The notes under the pieces were generated by a model that was not told the origin of the DNA, ran no database searches, and saw only the letters and a program-made list of their open reading frames with translations. The position numbers and the translations under genes are program-made. DNA of 63,920 bases, counting the filler, from Octopus bimaculoides (Eukaryota): the NCBI RefSeq assembly GCF_001194135.2. It is 7 parts of 7 records of this genome, joined end to end, with 100 filler letters (N's around TTAATTAATTAA, not from the genome) between each part and the next. Parts side by side here need not be neighbours in the genome. Positions count along the whole stretch, not along the records: positions 1 to 18,111 come from NC_068987.1; 6 more parts are not named here. The stretch is one strand, 5' to 3'. Positions 1 through 11,674 of this stretch are shown here, one piece after another; within the stretch, counting starts at the first letter, position 1, and every line of letters begins with the position of its first letter.

Positions 1-162
1 GAAATGTCCACCAAACATGGACTTGAGGGCCCGCGGGTTACTGAGTCTGGTTTCACTGATAGCCATGATTTCTATGTTCTGTGACTTGATGTCATTTAGA
101 AGGTAACCTTGCTTCCAAGCTGACGCCAAGCCACGTACATTTACACAACCTAATTTAAGCAT
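1..162 (-). mobile_element. L1/Tx1-type LINE ORF2 N-terminus (APE endonuclease), runs off window start
   Basis: Minus-strand frame from ATG at 162 is open to base 1: MLKLGCVNVRGLASAWKQGYLLNDIKSQNIEIMAISETRLSNPRALKSMFGGHF. It matches APE motifs I (xNVRGL) and II (IxxIxETRL). Confidence 0.8.
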
Positions 163-232
163 AGTTGAAGTCGAAATTTGTGTTTCATACACGACAGTAA
201 AAGAGACAAGAGAGAAGGTTACTTACTCGTTT

Positions 233-233
233 C

Positions 234-268
<35 letters not shown>
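233..268 (+). repeat. (GATA)n microsatellite
   Basis: Direct reading. Confidence 0.95.
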
Positions 269-270
<2 letters not shown>

Positions 271-757
271 AATCATAGATGACAGAGAAATATTTTGATG
301 AACTGTTATTTAACAATAAAAAATCCTAATATGATGACAAATTGCTTCGTAACTCAAGAACATGTAAATAAATTATTTATATTATAATGTTTAATAAATA
401 AATTACTTTCATGTAGCTCATATTTTGCATTATTTTGAATGTATATTTTGCATTTTACATTAATGCAGGCATGTAAGTAATTTATTTATTATTAAATATG
501 ATAATATAAATTATTTGCATGTTTTTTAGTTACGAAAATATTTGTCGTGATAATAGGACTTTTCTTATTGCTAAATAAAGCTTCATCAAAATATTTGTCT
601 CTCGTTTATACACACCTTATCCTTATCTCTTGTATATTACGATATATTCTTTATGGTTTGTACAATAATGCATGAAGGAGCTATTTGCATAAGTACTACT
701 GGATTACTTGAAATCAAATATTGTGACTTATATATATATATATATATATATACATAC

Positions 758-788
<31 letters not shown>

Positions 789-1050
789 CATACACGCACG
801 CAAATATACATATGTACATACGTACCGCTACATGTGTATATAAATACATATCTATGTTGAGTAAGAGTAAAATGACTATTCAAGAGCGTAACGTTGATAC
901 AGATATTGTAGTTATCGAGAGAGGCTCATTCAAGGATTCTATAATCTGAACGCGATTTAACTTTCAACTGATATCTATTTGCATTTGGAATGGATAAGAA
1001 TTACAGGCTTACCACTGTTCCACGCGATTATTTTCCTGAACCAACATACT

Positions 1051-1409
1051 GTTGTTGTTGGCACTCCGTCGCTTACGACGTCGAGGGTTCCAGTTGATCC
1101 GATCAACGGAACAGCCTGCTCGTGAAATTAACGTGCAAGTGGCTGAGCACACCACAGACACGTGTACCCTTAACGTAGTTCTCAGGGATATTCAGCGTGA
1201 CACAGTGTGACAAGGCTGACCCTTTGAATTACAGGCACAACAGAAACAGGAAGTAAGAGTGAGATAAAGTTGTGGTGGAAGAGTACAGCAGGGTTCACCA
1301 CAATCCCCTGCTGGAGCCTCGTGGAGCTTTAGGTGTTTTCGCTCAATAAACACTCACAACGCCCGGTCTGGGAATCGAAACCGCGATCTTATGACTGCGA
1401 GTCCGTTGC
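1051..1409 (-). mobile_element. tRNA-derived SINE family C, slightly 5'-truncated, (CAA)n tail
   Basis: Reverse complement of the copy at 38611-38990; B box GGTTTCGATTCC; 11-bp TSD ACCAACATACT at 1040-1050 and 1410-1420. Confidence 0.85.
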
Positions 1410-1638
1410 ACCAACATACTAAAGCTGTGGAAATTAATTTGAGTAACAACTTCGGTAATGTCAAGAAGGAAGAGAGCAGAACAAATGTTCATTGGAAGGA
1501 GGTCACTCACCAGTTTGCGAACGCAAATAAGCTCTGTAACCAAAGAGAGTGCTTCAAACTGTATTAGTGACAGAGGTATTATAAAACAATGCTACGTGTT
1601 TGGTTAAAAACTATAACCGTTAATATAAGAGTTAATAC

Positions 1639-1855
1639 GGCGACAAGCTAGCGGAATCGTTAGTACGTGGGAAAAATACTTAGCGGTATTTTGTACGTCT
1701 CTACGTTCTGAGTTCAAGTTCCGTTGTGACCGTCTTTACCTTTTATCCTTTTGGAGTCAAAAAAATAAGTAGCGATTGAGCACTGGAATCGGTCAATGCA
1801 ACTCAGCTCCTTCCCCGATATTACTGTCCTTGTGCCAAAAATTTGAGACCAATAT
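1639..1855 (+). mobile_element. SINE family A, degenerate
   Basis: GGCGACAAGCTAGCGGAATCGTTAG head and TTCTGAGTTCAAGTTCC, similar to copies at 10675-11356. Confidence 0.6.
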
Positions 1856-2074
1856 AAGAGTTATTAGTTAAGAATTCCGTGGATATTTGTATCATTCACA
1901 GGATCCGAGAACAACGATATTTTGTCACAAGTGCCGCATATGCATGACACAAATCTCTTTAGAATTTTAGTTACTTTTTTTCCTTGAGAGTTTTTGCTTA
2001 AATAAGCATTTAAATCTTCATCCTTTGCATCAGTCTTTGGGCAGAGGTGATGCTTGGGTACCACCTTGTAAAGT

Positions 2075-2462
2075 TCAATCGAATAAATCTATTCGACAAT
2101 ACTTATTTTCTTAATCTGGCACTTATTTTACCGGTCTCTTTGACGGAACAGCTGAGTTGTCAAGCTGGAGGGGAACAAATACAATACCAAAAACAAACAA
2201 ATACTATAGCAATCTAAATACAATACCAATAAATACAATACCAACACAAACACACACACATAGATATAGATTTATACACTCACACACACGCACATACACA
2301 TACACGTGCACGCACGACTGAGTATTTCCAGATTCCGTCTATCAAACCCATTGGGTTGGCGCGGGGCAATAGTAGAAGGCTCTTGACGAAGATGCCGCAC
2401 AGTGTGACTGAGCCCAAGGGTACATTGTTGAGAAGCAATCCCTTTAACCCCACCAGCGCCTG
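2075..2462 (-). mobile_element. SINE family B, degenerate
   Basis: Remnant similarity to 7644-8120 and 50224-50671. Confidence 0.55.
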
Positions 2463-3319
2463 CACCTATGTATATTTTTAAAAACAGCCGAGTTAATCGA
2501 TGACTGGTATTCATTAAAACTCGATGATGCCTTTATTTATCTGCCAATGTTAATTACAATAAAACACCTGGCTGTTTACCAGTACTGCAAGGCAGAGGTG
2601 ACTTCACAGATACATGTATTGCTTATGAATAATCATAGACATATTTTTATATAAATACAAGTTATACTACAAACAAATGAAATCTTCAAATAGAGTGGTA
2701 CAAAACTCATTTCTGTTTGTTTTCATTTATCTATTCCGATTATAGTCTTTTTACGCTCTATATTTCTTTCCCTTCTTTCTTTATTATTCTTCCCTTTCAA
2801 ATTTTTTCCCTCTTCTCATGCAAGTTATATATTTTTCTCGCTTTTTTTTACATTCTTTCTTCATTTTGTATTATCAATAATTCTTTCATTTTATTCTTTC
2901 TAATCTATGATTATTTTTCACATCTCTTTGAATCTTTGTCCCATTTCATTCATTCGATATTTCATTTCCATGCTCTTATCATATGATTACGTACATATAC
3001 ATAACATTTTCACACACGCGTATACACACAGATACACACTCAAACGTACACATGTATGTGATAGCAAAATGCATACATGATATGATAATCCATGAATGAA
3101 GTGGAAGATGGATTTGGCATTATTCTTTATTCAGTACAACGATCGTTTCACCCCACCTCACTCCCTGTGACAGACTTTTATGGGTGGGATGTTGTGCATC
3201 CAACTTTGTTGCAACGATCAGTGAAGTCTGGGTTAAATTATGTATATGCAGGCATAAAGTAGCGTCTGGCTAAATATGTTGAATTCTTGCAGTCATGTTG
3301 GTATTTTCCCGCTGTACCA

Positions 3320-3425
3320 CTGAAGTAGATCCAACGGAAATATATCCCATCCGTGGATGACACAAGGTAGCTCAAACAGTGAACGTGCTTTACTCAACAC
3401 ACTAATTGATATATATCCACTGGTC
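3320..3425 (+). repeat. Unclassified dispersed repeat
   Basis: CTGAAGTAGATCCAACGG...GTGGATGAC...CAGTGAACGTGCTTTA aligns by eye to the reverse complement of about 32185-32290. Confidence 0.55.
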
Positions 3426-3465
3426 CAAAACATTACGTATATATATAAGACAATGAATACAGAAG

Positions 3466-3528
<63 letters not shown>
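3466..3528 (+). repeat. (GATA)n microsatellite
   Basis: Direct reading. Confidence 0.95.
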
Positions 3529-3792
3529 GACAATGAATATGCAAATTAGTACATCTGCATATTTTCTATATCTACAGGCAGTTATACAGCATATTTGGTT
3601 TGACTGTAGAAATAAAAAATATACAGTTGCACTAATTTCTGTATTCATTGTAATTGTCTTGGATATACACTCAATAGAATAATTATAATCCAGCGAAGGT
3701 GAAGGATTTAGCCATCGGATGAATTGCAGTGTGTATAAAAATACATTTGCACACATGTATATCGTCATATCTGTGAGTGTGTGTATGCATCC

Positions 3793-3834
<42 letters not shown>

Positions 3835-5108
3835 ACACACACATATATACACACATATAAATATGCATGTACATATGCATAGAAACACACATATGTGTGC
3901 ATATATGACATTATAAAAATTAACAGTCCAATTTATAAATATAAAGAAATTATAGAAGTGAGAAAGAATAAATTGTTTTCTAACTTTATTGGTATTTGAA
4001 ACTGCATACTAGCATTCCGAAGATATGATTATCAATTGTAGATAACTCCAAGCCTGTCATGTTGATGAGCCTGGCCAGTATAAGTTATTATATTTATAAG
4101 CGTGTGAAGATATATTAATTTTATTTAAAAATGTATTGGTAGGATCTTTGAATTATGTGTATATGTGTATCTTTTATCACATCTTTTTGGCTTTAAGTTA
4201 ATTGTTTCCTTCCGCTTCGAATATGAATGTTGTTAAATAGTAGCAAAGATACAATTTGAACTAAGGAGTGAAGAAATAAGTATATTTTCATGAAGTATCT
4301 TTATGTGGTAAATCCATTTAGTTTGGCGGTCACATGAATTTGAAGAGTATTAGAAGAGACTTTCTGAAACGTCTGTACTTATTGAAGACCTGAACTTGGT
4401 ATGCGAATAATGAGCTAAATTATTGAGGGTTCTGAAAAAAAAATTTTTTTCAGACTTCTAGATTCACAGATTTTAGATTGATTGTATACCGTTGGTAGCT
4501 TTCTAGGATTTTTGTTGTGATGAGTGCAATAATGCAGTATTTCAGTGTAGAAATACAAGAAAATAATTTGAATACGTTTCAGTTTTTGACGTTACTGATG
4601 AGGGAGCTGATTGTAGTATGTTATTATCTACTACACATTACATAGCTGAATAAGAATGTAGAATTAGTTTTGTTTCGACTTGAGCAACCTTCCTTCGTTG
4701 GTTATATTTGGTTGCTTGAGGTTAACTATTGTTATTAAGTAGTTTAGCTTGCTTCAAGTAAATAATCTCCAGTAACTGTGGGAAACTTCGAAATGCATGC
4801 CAGATAATGTTTTATGCAATTCCTGATAACATTTACCGATATATGTGTCAGTGTGTTGATGTATAATTATTTCATTATATCTGTATAATGTATGGCTACG
4901 CCATGCAAAAGCTGTGACCACTGCCGAATCTCGTCGAACAAGCATAAATATATGAAAATGTAACATAATAAACGAACGCATAGAGTAGACATTATTCAGG
5001 TTAATAGTTAACCTCATTCATTATTGCAACAAATAGACTGAATTATTTAACCTGTGACAATTAGTTATTAACTATTCTATATATCTAACACACTTTCTCT
5101 CTTTCCCT

Positions 5109-5151
<43 letters not shown>

Positions 5152-5376
5152 AATATATATATATATGTTAGAATAATATAAAAATAAATTTAACTTTACA
5201 ATTAAAATTAAATTATTATAGACATTTAAAGAAGTGACTTGTGGTGATATGTCGTCTTAGATTAGAAATAGAGAATCAATTAAGTAAAAATACTCACGAT
5301 TACAAACAGTAATAATGAAAAATAGAAATGAAAACGCGTACAAAAATTGCTGAACGAAAAATTAATAAAAAAACAT

Positions 5377-5441
5377 GATGATGATGATGATGACGACGAC
5401 GACGATGACTATGATGATGATGATGATGGAGAAGAATTTTT

Positions 5442-5493
<52 letters not shown>

Positions 5494-5554
5494 CTTCTTA
5501 TTGTTGTTGTTGTTATTATCATTATCATTATTGCTGTTGCTATGATTATTATTA

Positions 5555-5624
<70 letters not shown>

Positions 5625-5725
5625 CATTATTGTTGTTGTTATTGTTGTTATTATTATCATTATTATTATTATCATCATTATTGTTGTTGTTATTGTTGTT
5701 ATTATTATCATTATTATTATTATCA

Positions 5726-5759
<34 letters not shown>

Positions 5760-5765
5760 CATTAT
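5377..5765 (+). repeat. Compound (ATG)n/(ATT)n/(GTT)n microsatellite
   Basis: Direct reading; source of the poly-N/I/L pseudo-ORFs. Confidence 0.95.
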
Positions 5766-6539
5766 GCCAAACAAGAACAGGTGACTCTACAACAGCAACA
5801 ATAATCATAAAATATTATGTACTTCCACGAAATTCGTCTCAATAATTCTTTAATTCACAATATAATAGAATTAATATATCGAGGAACAAAGAAACTTAAG
5901 AGGAAAACATGTGAAGAGAAATTATAATAACGTTAGGCAGTTTGAGCAGGGAACATACGGAAAATAAACTGAAAATAGTAGAAATGATAAACAAAAGAGA
6001 GAAAAGAAAACACTTGTCCAAACCAATTGAAAGCAATATAGAAAAGAAATTATCGAAATAAGGAATGAGTAAAACGAGTAGAAATAAAATAATAGAAATA
6101 GTCAAATGAAAATAGAAAAAAAATTGTGAAATAAGGAAAAATATAAACAAAAAGATCAAATATAGCAATAAGAATAAGATTGGGGAAACAAAACAAGAAG
6201 AAAAAATTATAAAAGAAATAAAAGTGAGGAAAAAGAGAGTTACAAAAGAAATAAATTAATATTGAAACAGAATAAAAGAAGAGAGGAGGCTCTTGGCGAA
6301 GAAAGAATAGTGAAGAAGATGTACGATAACGAATGCGAAGTGTGAAAATATGAAAACAAAATATATTGGAAAGAAAAAAATAAATACGAATTGTACAAGA
6401 TGCAGGTTGTAGAAATGCAGCACAGCAGTCATTTCAAGATATTGAACCCTGTGCATCAAGTGTGTCTGGTTCATTTGTTTTACTATTCTCAAGACTTTAC
6501 AACTAATAACATCTCTGCGTTTTCCTGATCGGCATACAA

Positions 6540-7380
6540 ACATTACAAACAGTCTTTATCACTTCCTTAGCTCTTATCAAACCATTACTGTCTATGTACT
6601 TATTGGATCACCTGACAACTGCCTACAGCTGCTCTGCTCACTAAACATCGGCATATTACACAACCTATCTTTGGTTTCCAGTATGTTTCAGAGCGGACTC
6701 ATAAACGTTAGCTGAGCAGCTGCCAGAAACCATTCTCTTGGGCATTTCTTTCTCAATTAAAACATGTAACCCTTAATCATCAGTTTAACTGCAACAATTC
6801 TTTAGCCTACAGCTTAACTCTAGCTTAACTACAGCGTAAAGATCTCCTTTCTTTAGCCAGCAATCAAAGTACATGTTAAAGTACATGGACATCAATGACG
6901 ATAGAAAATCGCCCACTCAACAAACTGGACAGCCCTTACCCGCGTTCTTTATTAGCTTTACGCGAAAGCAATCAATACACCACTCGTAAATAGCACAATC
7001 TTGGAATAGTACTACACCACCATGGGAGTCCTTCAGGAGATCATTAACTGGTCACTTCTTTAAAATTTTGCAGGATCAAATAATGTGCGATACTCTTGAA
7101 GGCCATATGGATAAAATCAGCTTCGGAAAAGAAAGAGAAGGCACATCACAAAGTTTAGATTTGCTAGCGACATTAATGAACTGTAGTGAAGGAAAGGTGA
7201 AGTAATTGAATAAATCCTCCATCTACTTGACAGAGTCTCCACCAAATGTGAGAGAGAAACAAGTGACAAATAAACCAGGCACTTATGACAAATTCCAGCA
7301 ATTCCATCTCAAAAGGCATGTCTTCAAAACACTACGAACTGCAGGAGGTGTTGTTATTCAAATAGCTGGGAGCGGTTATA
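6540..7380 (+). mobile_element. Decayed RTE-clade LINE reverse transcriptase fragment
   Basis: Frameshifted pieces LYAKAINTPLVNSTILE*YYTTMGVLQE, IMCDTLEGHMDKISFG, HITKFRFASDINEL (RFADD motif) and MTNSSNSISK...FK*LGAVI occur in the RTE RT order. Confidence 0.75.
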
Positions 7381-7643
7381 AATGATAAAGGATTAAAATA
7401 CGAAATTCTTATAAAATACTCAGAAAATGGTACATACCAATCTGAAACCAATATGGAGAGATAGGAGCATGAACATAAAGAATAAAATTAGACTCCTACA
7501 TACACACTCACAATACACACATATACATACATACATACATACATACATACATACAAATACACCACACACACACACACATACACACAGACGCACGCACGCA
7601 TGCACACACAAACATACACATACACATATATTACTTTTTAAGC

Positions 7644-8120
7644 TTTATTCTTTTACTTGTTTCAGACACTGACTGCGACCATGCTAGAGCAGCGCCTTTA
7701 GTCGAACAAATCACCCCCAGGACTTATTGTTTGTAAGCTTAGTACTTAATCTATCTGTTCTTTGGCCGAACCACTAAGTTACGGGGGTGTAAACACGCCA
7801 ACATCGGTTGTCAAGTGATGGTTGGGGGACAAACACAAATACACACACACTTACATACACACACACACACACANNNNNNNNNNNNNNNNNNNNNNNNNNN
7901 NNNNNNNNNNNNNNNNNNNNNNNNNNNNNNNNNNNNNNNNNNNNATATATATATTATATATACGATGGGCTTCTTTCACTTTCCGTCTACCACATCCACT
8001 CACAAGGCTTTGATCTGTCCGAGGCTATAGCAGAAAACCTTTGCTCAATGTGTCACGAAGTGGGACTGAACCCGGAACCATGTAGTTGGGAAGCAAGCTT
8101 CTTACCACATAATCACGCCT
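7644..8120 (-). mobile_element. SINE family B (tRNA head, CORE-like CCTTGGGCAAGT box, internal CA/TA microsatellite)
   Basis: Near full-length homology to 17826-18420, 50224-50671 and 52552-52932. Confidence 0.85.
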
Positions 8121-8626
8121 TCACACACGCATTACAGAGTGAGAGATAATTGTATTGATAGTTTGAACACTGAGTTCAATGACATTCAACAAATTGCTTG
8201 TGCGAGCGGGTGTGCCTATATGTGAATGTGCGTGACAGACTGCTATTCTGTCATTACCATACATAATAGACTTTCATCTCTTTTTTTCCTTATAAATATG
8301 CAATCAATTGTTGACATTAATTCAAATTCTGTAATGATTTGGGGGTAAACAAAGCAAACAGACATACCATAAATGACGGATAAAACAGAAAAAAATGTTT
8401 AGAAAAATATTATCAAACAGAAGAGTCATGATAATTTTTCACTTTGAAGATTAACTCTATTATTTTCCTTTAATAATGAAATTTCAATTACAAACATGTT
8501 TGTGCTTTTACGCTAAAGAGTTATTTAATTGTATTAAGCGCTGTAGTCTATTTTCATCGAAGATATTTTACAAAACGGGGTCAAAATTCTTCATTTTTCG
8601 AAAATGCTGAAGATGTATATCTCTGG

Positions 8627-8890
8627 AGCTGTCACATTAGCTACAAAACCACTAAAGTTCGGGAGATCAATATAATTGATTACACCAAGTCGATAGTTAT
8701 TTCCTTTGGTGAAATGAAAACTGGTAACATTGGTATTGAACTGGCAATCTAAGGGGGTGGCATTAAATAGCACAATACATTCAATTCGGCGCTTTAGAGT
8801 TTCTGAAACTCCATCATCAGATCCTTCAGCTTAAGAGTCACTAGTTATACGTATTATATTTCCCACATACTCTGTATGTAAGATGTTCTT
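8627..8890 (+). repeat. Dispersed repeat, direct copy at about 10296-10590
   Basis: GAGCTGTCACATTAGCTACAAAA...CGGCGCTTTAGA...ACGTATTATATTT shared by both copies. Confidence 0.75.
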
Positions 8891-8950
8891 TTCTGTGCAC
8901 TTTCTTGTGACTGTGAATGAGCGTATTGGAATGAGCTCTGTATGACTTCA

Positions 8951-9014
<64 letters not shown>

Positions 9015-9016
<2 letters not shown>

Positions 9017-9220
9017 TTCCATTTGGTTTGTTGAAATCTCTTCTGCAAATCAGTAACTCTTCGTGTGCTACATCATCATACTGTCCTTGGAATACCTGGT
9101 CATATAACTGGTGATACGCATTAAATTTATTCATGCGCCTTGATAAAACCCTTATAGGTTTGGAATTGCAACCAATACTAACAAAAACCGAGTTCGTGAC
9201 AAATGCCAACGGTGTCATTT
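9015..9220 (-). mobile_element. Possible decayed LINE APE endonuclease fragment
   Basis: ...KPIRVLS...QLYDQVFQGQYDDVAHEELLICRRDFNKP resembles the LIxGGDFN motif with G>A changes. Confidence 0.4.
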
Positions 9221-9602
9221 CAAAAGGCCATCTCTGGACAAGGATGCAAATTAGAGTTAAAGTTGCAGTTCAAATGTCTACGGGAAACTATTAATGCTAA
9301 AGTATGGAGGCATGAAATCTTTGCAAGAATAGCACACATTCACTGCTGGCATTTCGAAGCTTTTCTTTCCAGGATACTGAATTTTGTAATGTCACTATTT
9401 AGTTAATTGTGTATGTTGAATACTAGGATGTGTTTTTTTGCTTGCTTGTTTTTGGTATAGATCTGACAAAAAACCCACTGGTATCTTGTTCATATAGGCA
9501 GATCCTTTGGATTCGAGGTTGACTGATTGACTAATGTGGTATTGGAATAGAAAATAAATGTGTAGCCAACCCTACATAATAAATCTATCTATACGCGTGC
9601 AC

Positions 9603-9644
<42 letters not shown>

Positions 9645-10674
9645 ATAGCGATTATACTGGATAAGTGCGCTGTAGAACAGAATGTGAACACAGAAATTTG
9701 AATGATACTTAGGAAGGATTTTGTTATGTTTTAGTTGTAGATTAAACGTGAATGTCAACCTTAGGTAATATATAAATTAACTTATGATGGAATTAGCTAA
9801 AGTGAGGCTGAAAAACGATAGGTTTACTCATAGAATTAAAGACTTAGAAGTAAAACAAAACTTCTCCAGAATCAATAGATTGAATTCGAAATATCAATAC
9901 ACGTTTTTTACGTTTGCATTTCAGATATAAGTATTCCATTTTTACATACTTTCGATAACAGTTATTTTCGTTTTTATTCTTGTTATTATCGTTGATGTTA
10001 TTCGTGCTTTCTCATGTTGTAACCTTTTAATCGCTGTTTGCACTTGGGAAATGTTGACGAGTGATAAATGGTTTTATTTGGATGCGTTTCGCTTGGTTAA
10101 ATATATATCCTGCTTGTCAATCCTTGCTCCTTACTATGTTGATTGTAAAGTTTACATTCCTGTGTTTGTTTCACAGTTGTATTTTAAAAGGTAGATATTG
10201 TTAGATGGAATTCAATATTTATTTTGTTTCTTTAAGAACATATAGAATTACAAGAAACGAAACGTATTGATGTTGCTTTAAGCATTAAAAGTAATGAGCT
10301 GCCACATTAGCTACAAAATCACCAAAGTTCGGGAATCAATATAGTCGATTACATCAAGTAGATAGTTATTTCTTTAACTTTGGTGGGATGAAAACCGGCA
10401 ACATTGGTATTGAACTTGCGATATAAGGGGATAGCATTAAATAACACAATACATTCAGTTCGGCGCTTTAGAATTTCTGAAACACTAACATTGTAAATAA
10501 TACTAACCTGATCAGATTCTTCAACTTAGAAATCATTAGTAATACGTATTATATTTACCACATACTATGTATGCAAGTTGTTCCTATGTATGTAAGTGCA
10601 ATGTCGATTTTTGCCGATGTTTAAATAGTCCGTTGGAATGATGCCATTGTATTGCTAATATTTATGGTGTTGAA

Positions 10675-11356
10675 GGCGGCGAGCTGGTAGAAACGTTAGC
10701 ACGCCGGGCGAAATGCCTAGCAGTATTTCGTCTGCCATTACGTTCTGAGTTCCAGCCCCGCCGAGGTCGACTTTGTCTTTCATCCTTTCGGGGTCGATTA
10801 AATAAGCATCAGTTAAGCACTGGGTTCGATGTAATCGACTTAATCCCATTGTCTGTCCTTGTTTGCCCCCTCTATGTTTAGCCCCTTGTGGGCAATAAAG
10901 AAATAAGAAACGTTAGCACACCAGGCGAAATGCTTAGCGGTATTTCGTCTGCCGTTACGTTCTGAGTTCAAATTCCGCCGAGGTCGACTTTGTCTCTCAT
11001 CCTTTCGGGGTCGATTAAATTAGCATCAGTTAAGCACTGGGTTCGATGTAATCGACTTAATTCCTTTGTCTGTCCTTGTTTGTCTCCGCTATGTTTAGCT
11101 CCCTGTGGGCAATAAAGAAATAAATATTTATGGTGTTGAAGGCGGTGAGCTGGCAGAAACGTTAGCACGCTGGATTAAATGCTTTGTGGTATTTCGTCTG
11201 TCTTTACGTTCTAAGTTCAAATTCCGCCGAAGTCGACTTTGCCTTTCATCCTTTCAGAGTCAATAAATTAAGTACCATTTGTGTACCGGGATCGATCTAA
11301 TCGAGTAGCCCCCTCCCCACAAAATTTAGGGCCTTGCGTCTAGAGTAGAAAAGAAC
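10675..11356 (+). mobile_element. Three tandem SINE family A units with two different tails
   Basis: Units at 10675-10907, 10908-11122 and 11141-11356; head GGCGGCGAGCTGG, B box GAGTTCAAATTCC; AATATTTATGGTGTTGAA duplicated at 10657-10674 and 11123-11140. Confidence 0.85.
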
Positions 11357-11412
11357 GTATTGCAGGGGGAACAGTGGAGGGGAGGAATTTAAGTATTGCC
11401 AAAGCCTTTTAT

Positions 11413-11674
11413 CCTTTATCGTTTACTTGTTTCAGTCAGTAGAACGAATCAACACTAGTAATAATCGTTTTGTTTTTCTTTTTAAGTCTGGTACTTACTC
11501 TATAGGCCTAGTTTGCCTGACCGTTAAGTTTTTGTCAGCCAAATCCACTCAAAAGGCTTTGATTGGCCCCGGGCAATAGTAGAAGACACTTGCCCAAGGT
11601 GCCTCACATTGAAATTGAATCCGGAATCATATGGTTAGGAAGCAAACTTTATACCAGACAGCCATTCCTGCACC
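11413..11674 (-). mobile_element. SINE family B, internally deleted
   Basis: TTTACTTGTTTCAGTCA end and AGAAGACACTTGCCCAAGGTGCC core. Confidence 0.65.

Noticed and set aside
17-102. Plus-strand signal-peptide-like exon MDLRARGLLSLVSLIAMISMFC…|GTAACC
   Set aside because: It is the antisense of a clear LINE APE frame on the minus strand.
8785-8826. Hammerhead-like CUGAUGA plus stem on the minus strand
   Set aside because: G12 is absent in both copies, and stems I and III do not pair.
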